From: Candidatus Undinarchaeota archaeon
Lineage (GTDB): Archaea; SpSt-1190; JASMDC01
DNA: 64,000 nucleotides
Assembly: GCA_964519305.1 (NCBI GenBank)
Contig: CAZFHY010000009.1
Location: forward strand, 64,001-128,000
Direction: 5' to 3'
The position numbers were made by a program, and so were the translations under genes. Numbering within the stretch: the stretch's first letter is position 1; the number at the start of each line of letters is the position of its first letter. The notes beneath the pieces are model-generated. The model was given only the letters and a program-made list of their open reading frames with translations. It was not told where the DNA came from and ran no database searches. Positions 28,193 to 37,747 of this stretch are shown in pieces.

Positions 28193-29500
28193 CTATAACA
28201 GACCTGGCAGCCCGGTCACCAGCATCACGACACCGATGAACAGGAAGAAGATGGTGGCGGCGATCTTGGTCCCTGCCACATGCTTCTTGAACAGGTCCTG
28301 CATGCTCTTTGACGTGGTCTCAAGGTAGGCGGCAACGAACACGATGACGAGCGGGGAGATGAACAGCAAGTTGTACAGGATCAGGTAGAACATGGCCTGT
28401 GAGCGCAGTTCGGGCACTCCGAGGATATACACGATGGTCGGGAGATAGACCTGCCCCGTGCAGAGGAACTCGAAGAACGTGATGCCGAAGCCAACAAAGA
28501 AGGCGAAGGCCGCAAGGTACTCGGAGCGCGCTGCCGTCCGGACGATCGTATGGGTGGCCTTCTTGGCCCACTTGGGCATCTGAAGCGTCATCTCGTTCGG
28601 GTCACCGTCCCGGGCCCGGCAATAGTCGCGATAAGACAGGGCAGCGAACACGAGCGCTATGAATCCGGTGGCGGGATAGATAAGGGCCGACACAAGTGAG
28701 AAGCGCTCGACATAGACGAGCATACGCCTGAACCAGAGCCCCAGGAGAAGGTTGGCAGAGAAGACGCCAGCCGAGTAGAGGATTCCAATGAAGAGCACCT
28801 CCTTACCCTTCCGCTGGATGTAGGCAAGATAGGATATGAAGAAGATGAGACCGGCGATAGCACAGGGATTGATGCTGTCGACAAGACCGGCTATGATCAC
28901 AGCGGACGCAGAGAAGCTCGTGAAACGGTCGATGATTGAGTTACGTCCGGCCTCGACGCCTCCCGTATGGAAGACTTCGCACGAGCACGGGATCCCCTCT
29001 TCCGGTGCGGTGGATATGCTCTTCTCGAGCCCAGCGCGGACCTCCTCCTCACCTATGAAGTGGGTCTGGCCGACATAGAGGGCCGGGACGAAGGCACGTT
29101 TTTCCGGTGGGACGCCGAACTGTGCGTCCATCGCCTCTTTGATCTCGGCGTTCTCAGGGAATAGGATGTTCATCTTATGGACATAGAGCCGAGGATGTCG
29201 GACCGCGAGCTCATCGAGGTAGGTCGACACTCGTGCGCAAGAGCCACAGGTCGGAGAGTAGAAGTAGGCAACGCAAATGCCATTCGGTGGGCAGTCCATA
29301 GGCTCGTCGGCCACCAGCTCCTGTACAGTGGGAGTGGTGTCGGTCCCGCATGATTCGGCTACGATGGAGCATGCCTCGCCCTCAGCAGGCTCGGAAGTGC
29401 TCGTGCCAATATCTGAGGATGAGGCGATTGCCTCAAGACCCTGAGCGGCAGCTGCCGCGGGGACTAATATGAGAAGGAGCGCGATGATGAGCGCTCGCAC
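28193..29500 (-). CDS. Thioredoxin-like (CGSC) plus CcdA/DsbD-like membrane domain fusion
   Basis: Signal peptide, YFYSPTCGSC, DSINPC, EFLCTGQVY, about 6 TMs; GTG start inferred. Confidence 0.8.
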   Translation of the reverse strand: MRALIIALLLILVPAAAAAQGLEAIASSSDIGTSTSEPAEGEACSIVAESCGTDTTPTVQELVADEPMDCPPNGICVAYFYSPTCGSCARVSTYLDELAVRHPRLYVHKMNILFPENAEIKEAMDAQFGVPPEKRAFVPALYVGQTHFIGEEEVRAGLEKSISTAPEEGIPCSCEVFHTGGVEAGRNSIIDRFTSFSASAVIIAGLVDSINPCAIAGLIFFISYLAYIQRKGKEVLFIGILYSAGVFSANLLLGLWFRRMLVYVERFSLVSALIYPATGFIALVFAALSYRDYCRARDGDPNEMTLQMPKWAKKATHTIVRTAARSEYLAAFAFFVGFGITFFEFLCTGQVYLPTIVYILGVPELRSQAMFYLILYNLLFISPLVIVFVAAYLETTSKSMQDLFKKHVAGTKIAATIFFLFIGVVMLVTGLPGLL

Positions 29501-29507
29501 GACAGCG

Positions 29508-30044
29508 TCAGCAGCCCGCAATGCCCTCACCGATCCCGCACACGATCCTGCGAAGCTCGTCGTAGGCAGTGAACCCGACCTTGACACGATCGCAGGCGAA
29601 CACCAGAGTGGGTGTCGCCCGTATACTGTAGCCTCGGCTCATCCTCATGGCCTCGTCGAACGCTGTCTGTCCCACCTCGTCGACACACTTAGCACCGTCG
29701 TCATCCTTGAAGGCGATGCATTGCTTGTTGAGGTCGAATCCGTCACCGAGCTCCTCCTTCAGGCGCTCGAGGCCCGGTTTCGTCTTCACGCAAGCACCAC
29801 ACGATGGCGCATAGAAGTAGTCCAGGCGTATCTTTCCCGGCTCAAGGCACTCGTCGATCCGGTCGAGGACCCGGAGCCCGAATCCATCCACAACGGGAGC
29901 ACTGCCGCCACCAGGGCCCATAAGGAACACACCTCCGACGACGACCGTCATGAACAGGCCGACCAGGAGGAGAGTGCGCGCGACAGGGATTTCGATATCC
30001 GTGTCCTTTCCCTTGTTCCGTTTCTTATGGGTCACTCTCCCCAT
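29508..30044 (-). CDS. Membrane-anchored thioredoxin family protein
   Basis: TM, YFYAPSCGAC, ATPTLVF. Confidence 0.8.
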   Translation of the reverse strand: MGRVTHKKRNKGKDTDIEIPVARTLLLVGLFMTVVVGGVFLMGPGGGSAPVVDGFGLRVLDRIDECLEPGKIRLDYFYAPSCGACVKTKPGLERLKEELGDGFDLNKQCIAFKDDDGAKCVDEVGQTAFDEAMRMSRGYSIRATPTLVFACDRVKVGFTAYDELRRIVCGIGEGIAGC

Positions 30045-30069
30045 GGTCGTTGCCTCCAGTACGACTACT

Positions 30070-31947
30070 CTATGCAGCCTTGGCCAGCTCTTTATCGATG
30101 ATGTCCTTGAAGACCGCGAACGGCTGGGCACCGCTGATCGAGAATCCGTTCACGAAGAACGCCGGGGTTCCGGACACGCCGTACTCCTGACCATCATCCA
30201 GGTCCTTCTGGACCTCGTTGGCGTACTTGCCGCTGTCAAGGCACGTCTTGAACGCATCCATGTCGAGGCCGATGTCCTTGGCGAACTGCTCGAGCCCTGC
30301 TGCGTTTATGCCTGCTTGGTTCTCATAGAGGGCGTCATGGTACTCCCAGAACTTGCCCTGCTCCTCCGCACAGTGACTGGCCTCTGAGGCCTTCCGGGCG
30401 AAGGGGTGGAGCTGGTCGAGCGGGAAGTCGCGGTAGACGAAGCGCACCTTGTCACCGTACTCCTCGAGTATCTGCTTGATCGTGGGCTCGGCGCGCGAGC
30501 AGAAGGGGCACTGGTAATCTGAGAACTCGATGATGGTCACCGGTGCGTCCTCAGGACCCAGGGCCGGATCGTCGTCCACGCCCGGCGGCTGCAGGTACTT
30601 GCCGGCACCGACCGCACCGGGGCTGACTAGATATTGATCGCCCTTCTGGATCAGCACTTGGGCGACCTTATCGTAGTTACCCGCCTGTAGCACGCTCGAA
30701 TCGAATATGTACGCAGGTACTGCCTTGATATCCAGGTCCTCTATCATCTTCTTCCCCTCTGCAGAGGAGATATCTACATTGGTGACCTGGACCGTGGGGA
30801 ACAGTTGCGTGCGGAAGATACCGATGAGCTCGGAAGGATCACAGGCATCACAGGCCTCGTCGTTCAGGACCGTGAGCTTCACGACCGGATCGTTGTCGCT
30901 GGGCCGCTCGCCGGTGAGTATCAACTCGATGACCTCCTCGAAGGCCGGGTAGGGCTGTGCTCCGGAGATTGTCTCCTCCATGAGTCGTCCGTTCGCGTCC
31001 GTCCCCTGGATAATGAAGCCCGGCGTACCGGTGATGCCCTTGGCCTGACCTTCGGCCATGTCGTCCTTGACCTTCTGTGCCTTCTCATCCGAGTCCAGAC
31101 AGTTATCGAAGGTCGCTGTGTCGAGGCCCAGGTTCTTAGCGTACCCCTTGAGTGAGGGGACAGTTAGAGCGTTCTGGTTTTCGAAGAGCATGTCATGGTA
31201 CTCCCAGAACTTGCCCTGGTCACGAGCACATTCCGATGCTTCTGCGGCCTTCTGAGCGTTCTCGTGGAAGCCCAGCGGGAAGTGCTTGAAGATTATATTG
31301 ACCTTATCCCCGTAGGTGGCCTTGATCTGTTCCATAATAGGAACGGCCCTCGAACAGAACGGGCACTGGAAGTCGCTGTACTCCAGGATCGTGATCTCTG
31401 CATCCGTCGCCCCTCCGCTTGGGCGTTGAGTGGCTGTAGGGGCCTTCGTCGGGGCCGCCGTGGGCGCTGCTGTCGGTTTAGCTGTCACCTTCGGGGTGCT
31501 ATCCGTACCGGTCTCCTTCTGGATGATCGTGTCGACCGCTGCTCCTTGGACGCCCATGAGCTCTAGACTGGCCTTGACGTCCGCTGCCGCAACACCACGT
31601 GCGAGCTGGTACTGCACGAAGGCCTCGACGTTCTTTGCAGGGATCCCTGCAGAGGTTTGAGTTGTGCCGGTGGCACCGATCCGTATGCTGCCCATGGACA
31701 GTCCCACCGCAGCGATCACCATCACGGCGGCCAGCACCATCGCAGCGACCATCCAGGCGTTCGTTCCGTTCTCTGCGTTATCCAAGCGCTCCTCGACCTC
31801 ATCGAGTTCATCCGCTAGTTCTGTGAACCGACGGTTCATCTCGACGATACCGTCGTCCACTTCATCGAGACGCTCTTTGACGAGCTTGAGGGATACTCCT
31901 GATGTTCTCGCTTTCACCGGCCTTGCAGCCTTCTTCTTCTCTACCAT
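30070..31947 (-). CDS. Membrane-anchored tandem DsbA protein (two DsbA domains and a central CxxC domain)
   Basis: Coiled coil and TM; SD(F/Y)QCPFC and GTP twice; central CDAC. Confidence 0.88.
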   Translation of the reverse strand: MVEKKKAARPVKARTSGVSLKLVKERLDEVDDGIVEMNRRFTELADELDEVEERLDNAENGTNAWMVAAMVLAAVMVIAAVGLSMGSIRIGATGTTQTSAGIPAKNVEAFVQYQLARGVAAADVKASLELMGVQGAAVDTIIQKETGTDSTPKVTAKPTAAPTAAPTKAPTATQRPSGGATDAEITILEYSDFQCPFCSRAVPIMEQIKATYGDKVNIIFKHFPLGFHENAQKAAEASECARDQGKFWEYHDMLFENQNALTVPSLKGYAKNLGLDTATFDNCLDSDEKAQKVKDDMAEGQAKGITGTPGFIIQGTDANGRLMEETISGAQPYPAFEEVIELILTGERPSDNDPVVKLTVLNDEACDACDPSELIGIFRTQLFPTVQVTNVDISSAEGKKMIEDLDIKAVPAYIFDSSVLQAGNYDKVAQVLIQKGDQYLVSPGAVGAGKYLQPPGVDDDPALGPEDAPVTIIEFSDYQCPFCSRAEPTIKQILEEYGDKVRFVYRDFPLDQLHPFARKASEASHCAEEQGKFWEYHDALYENQAGINAAGLEQFAKDIGLDMDAFKTCLDSGKYANEVQKDLDDGQEYGVSGTPAFFVNGFSISGAQPFAVFKDIIDKELAKAA

Positions 31948-32002
31948 TGATCATTCACCTTGTAACCGGGGCAACTCACGGAGCCCTTCCACCAATAGAA
32001 TA

Positions 32003-32040
32003 TGAAACCCTTTATAATTGGGGTGGTGAAACCAGTTTCA
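32003..32040 (-). promoter_or_regulatory. Operator TGAAACCAGTTTCA (32027-32040), TATA and half-site (32003-32008) upstream of the dsbA operon
   Basis: Perfect 6-2-6 palindrome; same layout repeated at 32698. Confidence 0.7.
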
Positions 32041-32110
32041 AACGGACCAATTCGAAGCGTTTAATCAAATCCGAAAGATGGTTAAACCCCTCGTGTCCTA
32101 GCGTGGAACG

Positions 32111-32677
32111 ATGGACATCGGACGGCTTCTGTTCCGCCTTGGCGTCATCCTCCTCATAGTATCGTCCATCAACATCGTCCTTCTCAAGAACTTCACCGAC
32201 ATGGTACTCGAGAGCCGGAAGGAGGCGTGCGCGCTGGCCTGCGCAGCTGGGACCTGCCCGTTTGAAGAGACGGGAGATACCACACTCTCCCCTGCAGGCA
32301 TCTCCCGACGCATACTCGCTTGCCAGCATCCCGACCATGATCTGCGCACCCCTATAGAAACATACGTCGGTATCGCCATCGCGTGCATCACCGCCCTCGT
32401 TGGTGTCATGATGATCATGACGTCCCGCCAGCTGGGTACCGAGAGCATTGACGTGCGTAAGAAGATGGAACATGTCCTCGAAACACTCAAGGGCGAGGAG
32501 CGGGAAGTATATCGGTTCGTCACCGATGCCGACGGCTCGATCATGCAGAGCGACATCGTCGATAAGAGCAGTCTCTCAAAGGTGAAGGTGACCCGCATCC
32601 TCGACAAGCTCGAGGGCAAGGGTCTCGTAGAACGGCGCAGGCGGGGCATGGGGAACATCGTCGTGCTCAAGCACTGA
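32111..32677 (+). CDS. Membrane-tethered wHTH regulator with Cys/His-rich loop
   Basis: TM-CALACAAGTCPF...CQHPDH-TM, QSDIV...KVKVTRILDKLEGKG...GMGNIV. Confidence 0.85.
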   Translation: MDIGRLLFRLGVILLIVSSINIVLLKNFTDMVLESRKEACALACAAGTCPFEETGDTTLSPAGISRRILACQHPDHDLRTPIETYVGIAIACITALVGVMMIMTSRQLGTESIDVRKKMEHVLETLKGEEREVYRFVTDADGSIMQSDIVDKSSLSKVKVTRILDKLEGKGLVERRRRGMGNIVVLKH

Positions 32678-32697
32678 ACTGCCCTTCTTGCCCTTTT

Positions 32698-32735
32698 TGA
32701 AACCAGTTTCACGCCCGAGTTCTTAAGGTGTTTCA
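32698..32735 (+). promoter_or_regulatory. Operator TGAAACCAGTTTCA (32698-32711) and half-site GTTTCA (32730-32735) upstream of the ABC operon
   Basis: Identical 14-mer and identical 18-nt spacing as at 32027. Confidence 0.7.
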
Positions 32736-32758
32736 GGTCAATCTATCCTTGAACGGAC

Positions 32759-33922
32759 ATGGACATACTCGGAATCGCACTCCGGAACCTCACCCGTAGA
32801 CGACTGCGCACGGTGCTGCTCATCCTGGGCATCGCCGTCAGCTGTGCATCAGTGATAACCATGATCTCTATCACCTCTTCCATGGAGAAGAAAGTGAACC
32901 GTGAGCTTGAGACCTTCGGTGCCAACATTGTCGTGGTCCCCACAAGCCGCACCTTGGACCTGAGGTTCGGTGACCTGGACGTGGGTGGATTGTCATTTGG
33001 CGAACGTGATATCGACGCGACGGAGTTCGCTAACATATGGAATATAGAGGACAGCGGCAGCCTCGCACATGTGGCCCCTAAGGTGTACGGTGCTGTCACT
33101 TGGTCCAACGGCGGTGAGGGTGCGGTCACTCTCGCAGGTATCGATATTGAGCAAGAGCCCCAAGTGAAGCGATGGTGGCAGGTCGACGGTCGATATCCGG
33201 CGTCAGAGAACGAGGTGCTCCTGGGTGCCGACGTCGCCGCGGCCAGCGGTGCTGCCATTGGTGATACCGTAGAGCTGGACGGGCGGGAGTTCGTGATAAT
33301 AGGTGTGCTCCAGCCCACAGGTTCGGTGGACGACGCGATGGTATACATCGAGCTGAGCACTGCGCAGACGATGCTTGGTAAAGAGGGCCGATACTCCATG
33401 GTGGACATCCGCGCGTGGTGCCACCTGTGTCCCGTGGAGGAGATGGTACGACAGATCATGGAGGCCGTACCCGGGGTTCGGGCCACACCGGTCAAGCAGG
33501 TGGCCATGGCCGAGATGGCTGTTCTGGATAGCGTCCGTCGGTTCTCCACCTACATATCGGCAATCATCATCCTCCTCAGCATGCTCGGCCTCGGAGGGCT
33601 CATCCTCTCATCGGTCTCCGAGCGCACACGCGAGCTAGGCATCCTCATGGCCCTAGGATTCAAGGAGCTACAGGTGGCCAGGCTCGTCATCACGGAGAAC
33701 GCGCTCATAGGTGTCATTGGCGGTGCATCCGGGTTCGTGCTCGGGGCCGCGCTTACCGCCGTCATAGGTCCTGCGATTGCCGGTGACGCGATCGTCGCCA
33801 CCGGTGTACGGTTCCTCCCCGCATCAATAGGCCTAGCGCTTGTGGTGACGCTTATGTCGTCCCTCTACCCGGCCCACCGCGCATCCCGGCTCCACCCAGC
33901 GGAGGCGCTCAGGTCGTTGTAA
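32759..33922 (+). CDS. ABC permease, MacB/FtsX family, with external CHLCP motif
   Basis: RRRLRTVL, SVSERTRELGIL, YPAHRASRLHPAEALR. Confidence 0.92.
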   Translation: MDILGIALRNLTRRRLRTVLLILGIAVSCASVITMISITSSMEKKVNRELETFGANIVVVPTSRTLDLRFGDLDVGGLSFGERDIDATEFANIWNIEDSGSLAHVAPKVYGAVTWSNGGEGAVTLAGIDIEQEPQVKRWWQVDGRYPASENEVLLGADVAAASGAAIGDTVELDGREFVIIGVLQPTGSVDDAMVYIELSTAQTMLGKEGRYSMVDIRAWCHLCPVEEMVRQIMEAVPGVRATPVKQVAMAEMAVLDSVRRFSTYISAIIILLSMLGLGGLILSSVSERTRELGILMALGFKELQVARLVITENALIGVIGGASGFVLGAALTAVIGPAIAGDAIVATGVRFLPASIGLALVVTLMSSLYPAHRASRLHPAEALRSL

Positions 33923-33945
33923 GATATCATGGAATGGTGATAAGA

Positions 33946-34611
33946 ATGGCTTTTATTGAACTGGACGGTGTTCACAAGGAGTTCACGACCGGTGTGACGG
34001 TTGTAGCGCTACAGGATATAGAGTTCTCGGTGAAGGCGGGCGAGTTCGTCGCCATCATGGGCCCCAGCGGTAGTGGAAAGAGCACCATGCTCAACATCGT
34101 GGGAGGTCTCGACCGTCCCGATAGAGGTCGCGTCAAGGTGGATGATATGGATATCTACGACCTTCCAGGGACCAAGGTCGCCGACTACCGACGGGAGTAC
34201 GTGGGTTTCATCTTCCAGCAGTTCCATCTTGTACCTACGCTCACCGCAGCAGAGAACGTGGCCGTCCCTCTGATGCTCGCGGGCCTGTCCTCAACCGAGC
34301 AGACTGTCCGGGCCGAGCGTGCGCTTACCTGGGTCGGTCTCAAGGACAAGGGTGACCGACTCCCCAACCAGCTCTCCGGCGGCGAACAGCAGCGTGTGGC
34401 CATCGCCCGGGCAACGGTGAACGAACCGGCTATCGTGCTGGCCGACGAGCCCACGGGGAACCTCGATTCCGCCACTGGTACCGAGATCATGGATATCCTA
34501 TCCGAACTGAACGAGCGGGGCACCACAGTCCTGCTAGTCACCCACGACAAACAACTCGCCGAGATGGCAGACAGGATCATCACCATCAAGGACGGTGTCT
34601 CTCATGAGTAG
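33946..34611 (+). CDS. ABC ATP-binding protein, LolD/MacB family
   Basis: [31 protein letters not shown]; start 33934 or 33946. Confidence 0.95.
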   Translation: MAFIELDGVHKEFTTGVTVVALQDIEFSVKAGEFVAIMGPSGSGKSTMLNIVGGLDRPDRGRVKVDDMDIYDLPGTKVADYRREYVGFIFQQFHLVPTLTAAENVAVPLMLAGLSSTEQTVRAERALTWVGLKDKGDRLPNQLSGGEQQRVAIARATVNEPAIVLADEPTGNLDSATGTEIMDILSELNERGTTVLLVTHDKQLAEMADRIITIKDGVSHE

Positions 34612-35206
34612 ACGACGATCGAGATCCAGCGAGGACACCCTCGAACGAAAGCGCCGGCTGGTCACAGGAGAACAGCCACGCAGACCTCGATATTCTAACT
34701 GGCTCGCCCCCGGGCTGCTGCTCTTGGTGGTGCTGGCCGTGGCCAGTGTATCCCTGAGAGGTACCGGGACGGACCCTGTCCAACCGGCATCCAAGGTACC
34801 GATCACTCTCAAGACCTCCAGTATTCCGACAACCGAGAGCACCTCTCCGGTCGGGACATCGCCCTCATCTGTGCTTGACGGTCCTCCTGCGATCGAGCAG
34901 CCCACTGTGAGCGCAACGATGGAACCGGCCACACCGGTCCCGACAGAACGTACGCCCGAGCCGGTCGCTACTAATCAGAGAGTGCTCATCGCCATCCAAG
35001 GCATGACCTGTGGCGGATGTCAGGCAGGTGTCACCAGGGGCCTCTATGCAACCCCTGGTGTCGAGGAGGCAGACGTGTCCTTCCGGAAGGGACAGGCGGT
35101 AGTAGTGTACGACCCCGCGGTCATCTCACCGGAGGGGCTCGTTGACGCCATCCATGCCATGGGTTCCAAGTATTCCGCCAGGGTTATGGAAGAGGATCCG
35201 GCCTAG
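34604..35206 (+). CDS. Membrane-anchored heavy-metal-associated (HMA) protein with P/T/S linker
   Basis: TM, low-complexity linker, GMTCGGC HMA motif. Confidence 0.85.
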   Translation: MSRRRSRSSEDTLERKRRLVTGEQPRRPRYSNWLAPGLLLLVVLAVASVSLRGTGTDPVQPASKVPITLKTSSIPTTESTSPVGTSPSSVLDGPPAIEQPTVSATMEPATPVPTERTPEPVATNQRVLIAIQGMTCGGCQAGVTRGLYATPGVEEADVSFRKGQAVVVYDPAVISPEGLVDAIHAMGSKYSARVMEEDPA

Positions 35207-35781
35207 GCACACGCCGCCAGCCCCGGCTCGTAACCGCACACGATGCCCTTGAGCTGAGTGTAGGCAGGGATACCCACCTGCATCCGGTGACAGTTGAACA
35301 CCAGCGTCGGAGTGGCGCGAACGCGGTACTCCCTGCCCTTGGCGGTCGCTTCCTGAAAGCCTTCTTCGCCTATCTCTTCGGGGCACAGGACAGCGTCCTC
35401 CCCGTGGATTCGGATGCAGCGCTTGGCAAGGGTGATCGTATCGCCGAACTCAGCCTCAAGTCGGTCGATGGTGGGCTTGGCATTGATACAGGCAGGACAG
35501 GTCGGACTGTAGAAGTAGTCCACCTGGACCGTACCCGGGACCGTGCAGCCTTCCTGGCCTGCCACGATCTCGAGGCCATGCTCGTCTTTTTCAGGGGCCG
35601 GTCCTCCGCCACCACCGGGGCCTGCCATGAGCAGGAGAGCAGCGAGCACACCACCCATCACGACAGCGAGCACAACCGTGAGGCTCTCACCTCCGCGGGC
35701 TGTAGTAGGCCTAGGTGGTTCTGGTACGTCCTCGATGTCGTCAGGTGGCGTTACCATGGAGCTCACGCCGGTAAAGGACAT
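35203..35781 (-). CDS. Membrane-anchored thioredoxin family protein, paralogue of 29508
   Basis: YFYSPTCPAC, KRCI, YRVRATPTLVFNC. Confidence 0.8.
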   Translation of the reverse strand: MSFTGVSSMVTPPDDIEDVPEPPRPTTARGGESLTVVLAVVMGGVLAALLLMAGPGGGGGPAPEKDEHGLEIVAGQEGCTVPGTVQVDYFYSPTCPACINAKPTIDRLEAEFGDTITLAKRCIRIHGEDAVLCPEEIGEEGFQEATAKGREYRVRATPTLVFNCHRMQVGIPAYTQLKGIVCGYEPGLAACA

Positions 35782-35819
35782 CTGGCCTTAAAAGTCGATG
35801 CCCCACAGGTCACGATCGA

Positions 35820-36023
35820 TTACTCTACCTCGTACCCGGCCTCGACGATAGCTTTCTTCATCGTCGTATCGTCAACGGCCTCGGGATCGTACTTGACCTT
35901 GGCGGCGCCGATCACGACGTCCACATCGTCCACGCCCTCGAGCTCCGTCAGTGCCCGCCGGACGTGCATCACACAGTGGCTGCAGCTCATGCCACCTATC
36001 TTGATCTCTTTCTCTTCCTTCAT
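35820..36023 (-). CDS. copZ: Copper chaperone CopZ-like
   Basis: GMSCSHC, AIVEAGY; 67 aa. Confidence 0.88.
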   Translation of the reverse strand: MKEEKEIKIGGMSCSHCVMHVRRALTELEGVDDVDVVIGAAKVKYDPEAVDDTTMKKAIVEAGYEVE

Positions 36024-36054
36024 CTATCTCACCTCTTTCGCTCTCATGTAAGTA

Positions 36055-36810
36055 TCAAATACCTTCGCCCTGGAAGTCACGCTCAATCCGGTCGAGCTCG
36101 CTGTGGCTACCGTTATCGGTCCTGCACACGGCTTTAGCGACGGGCGGCTCACTGTTCCCGTTCTTGGATAGGGTGTGCTCCATTGCTTGGAAGCGGCTCT
36201 CAAGGATACCTATCTCGTGACAGAGCACTTTCACGGCGTCCGCGATAGGATCGGGGAGGTTCCCGTGGTCCAGGTCACTGGCGCGCTTCGGACCATTGCT
36301 CACGATACGCCCCGGGACGCCTACGACCGTGCTCCCGGGAGGTACGTCCTTGATGACCACCGAACCCGCGCCGATGCGGGCATCGTCACCCACGGTAATG
36401 GCGCCGAGCACGGTCGCACCAGTACCGATCACCACATGGTTGCCGATCGTGGGATGGCGTTTCTTTTTCTGAAGGCTCGTTCCACCGAGGACCGCACCCT
36501 TGTACATGAGCACGTCATCGCCGATCTCCGAGGTCTCTCCGATAACGACGCCCATCCCATGGTCGATGAAGAAACGGCGGCCGATGGTGGCCCCGGGATG
36601 TATCTCGATGCCCGTCAGGAACCTCCCGATATGGGAGATGAACCGGGGGAGCACCACCCAGCCCCGCGTCCACAACACATGGACGAATCGGTGGATCCAG
36701 AGCGCGTGAAGACCAGGATAGCATGTGACTACCTCCAACATGTTCCTTGCCGCAGGGTCCTCCCTGATGACGGTGTCCACGTCCTCGCGCAGGGTCTGGA
36801 TGATGCTCAT
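36055..36810 (-). CDS. cysE: Serine O-acetyltransferase
   Basis: [41 protein letters not shown]. Confidence 0.96.
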   Translation of the reverse strand: MSIIQTLREDVDTVIREDPAARNMLEVVTCYPGLHALWIHRFVHVLWTRGWVVLPRFISHIGRFLTGIEIHPGATIGRRFFIDHGMGVVIGETSEIGDDVLMYKGAVLGGTSLQKKKRHPTIGNHVVIGTGATVLGAITVGDDARIGAGSVVIKDVPPGSTVVGVPGRIVSNGPKRASDLDHGNLPDPIADAVKVLCHEIGILESRFQAMEHTLSKNGNSEPPVAKAVCRTDNGSHSELDRIERDFQGEGI

Positions 36811-36814
36811 TTCC

Positions 36815-37747
36815 CTACACCTCGATGTTCTCGAAGAGCCAGCCTGAAAGGTATCTCTCTCCCGTGTCTGGAAGTACGACCACGATGAGCTTGTCCTTGC
36901 TGGATGGTCGCTTCGCGACCTCCAGAGCAGCGGCCATGGCGGCCCCCGATGAGATCCCGACGAGCATCCCCTCCTTCTTCGCGAGCGCTTGGGCGGTGGC
37001 CCGTGCGTCCTCGTCGGCCACCTTGACTACCTCGTCGATTATGTCCGTATTGAGCACCCTGGGCACGAAACCGGCCCCGATACCCTGGATCTTGTGAGGA
37101 CCAGGACTACCTCCTGACAGAATGGGGGATGCCTCCGGCTCTACAGCGATCGCCTGGAAGGATGGCTTCCGGGCCTTGATGGCCTCTGCGATACCTGTGA
37201 TGGTACCGCCTGTACCAACGCCGGAAATGAGGATGTCCACCTCACCATCGGTGTCCCGCCATATCTCCTCGGCCGTCGTCCTGCGGTGGATGTCCGGATT
37301 AGCCGGGTTCTCGAACTGCTGCGGCATGAACGACCCGGGAGTCTCTTTCACGAGCTCCTCGGCCTTTTCCACGGCACCCTTCATCCCACCTGATCCGGGC
37401 GTGAGCACGAGTTCGGCACCGAGTATCTTGAGGATCTTACGCCGCTCCATGCTCATAGTGTCCGGCATGGTTAGCACGAGCTTGTAGCCACGTGCCGCCG
37501 CCACGAACGCCAGCGCGATACCAGTGTTCCCGGAGGTAGGTTCGATGAGGGTCGTCCCCTCCTTGATGAGCCCTAGAGTCTCGGCCTTATCGATCATCGC
37601 TGAACCGATGCGGTCCTTGACACTGAATAGGGGATTTCTCGATTCTACCTTCGCGACCACTTTTCCTGGAAGTCCTTCTGCAAGTCGGTTGATACGCACG
37701 AGCGGCGTTCCACCGACCAGTCTCGTCATGTCCTTTGCGATATTCAT
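36815..37747 (-). CDS. cysK: Cysteine synthase A (O-acetylserine sulfhydrylase)
   Basis: SVKDRIG PLP lysine, [31 protein letters not shown]. Confidence 0.97.
   Translation of the reverse strand: MNIAKDMTRLVGGTPLVRINRLAEGLPGKVVAKVESRNPLFSVKDRIGSAMIDKAETLGLIKEGTTLIEPTSGNTGIALAFVAAARGYKLVLTMPDTMSMERRKILKILGAELVLTPGSGGMKGAVEKAEELVKETPGSFMPQQFENPANPDIHRRTTAEEIWRDTDGEVDILISGVGTGGTITGIAEAIKARKPSFQAIAVEPEASPILSGGSPGPHKIQGIGAGFVPRVLNTDIIDEVVKVADEDARATAQALAKKEGMLVGISSGAAMAAALEVAKRPSSKDKLIVVVLPDTGERYLSGWLFENIEV

Noticed and set aside
29508-29520. Thioredoxin ending GC-TGA as possible selenocysteine read-through
   Set aside because: The paralogue ends ACA-TAG at the same place, the next gene starts 8 nt later, and no Sec machinery or SECIS is seen
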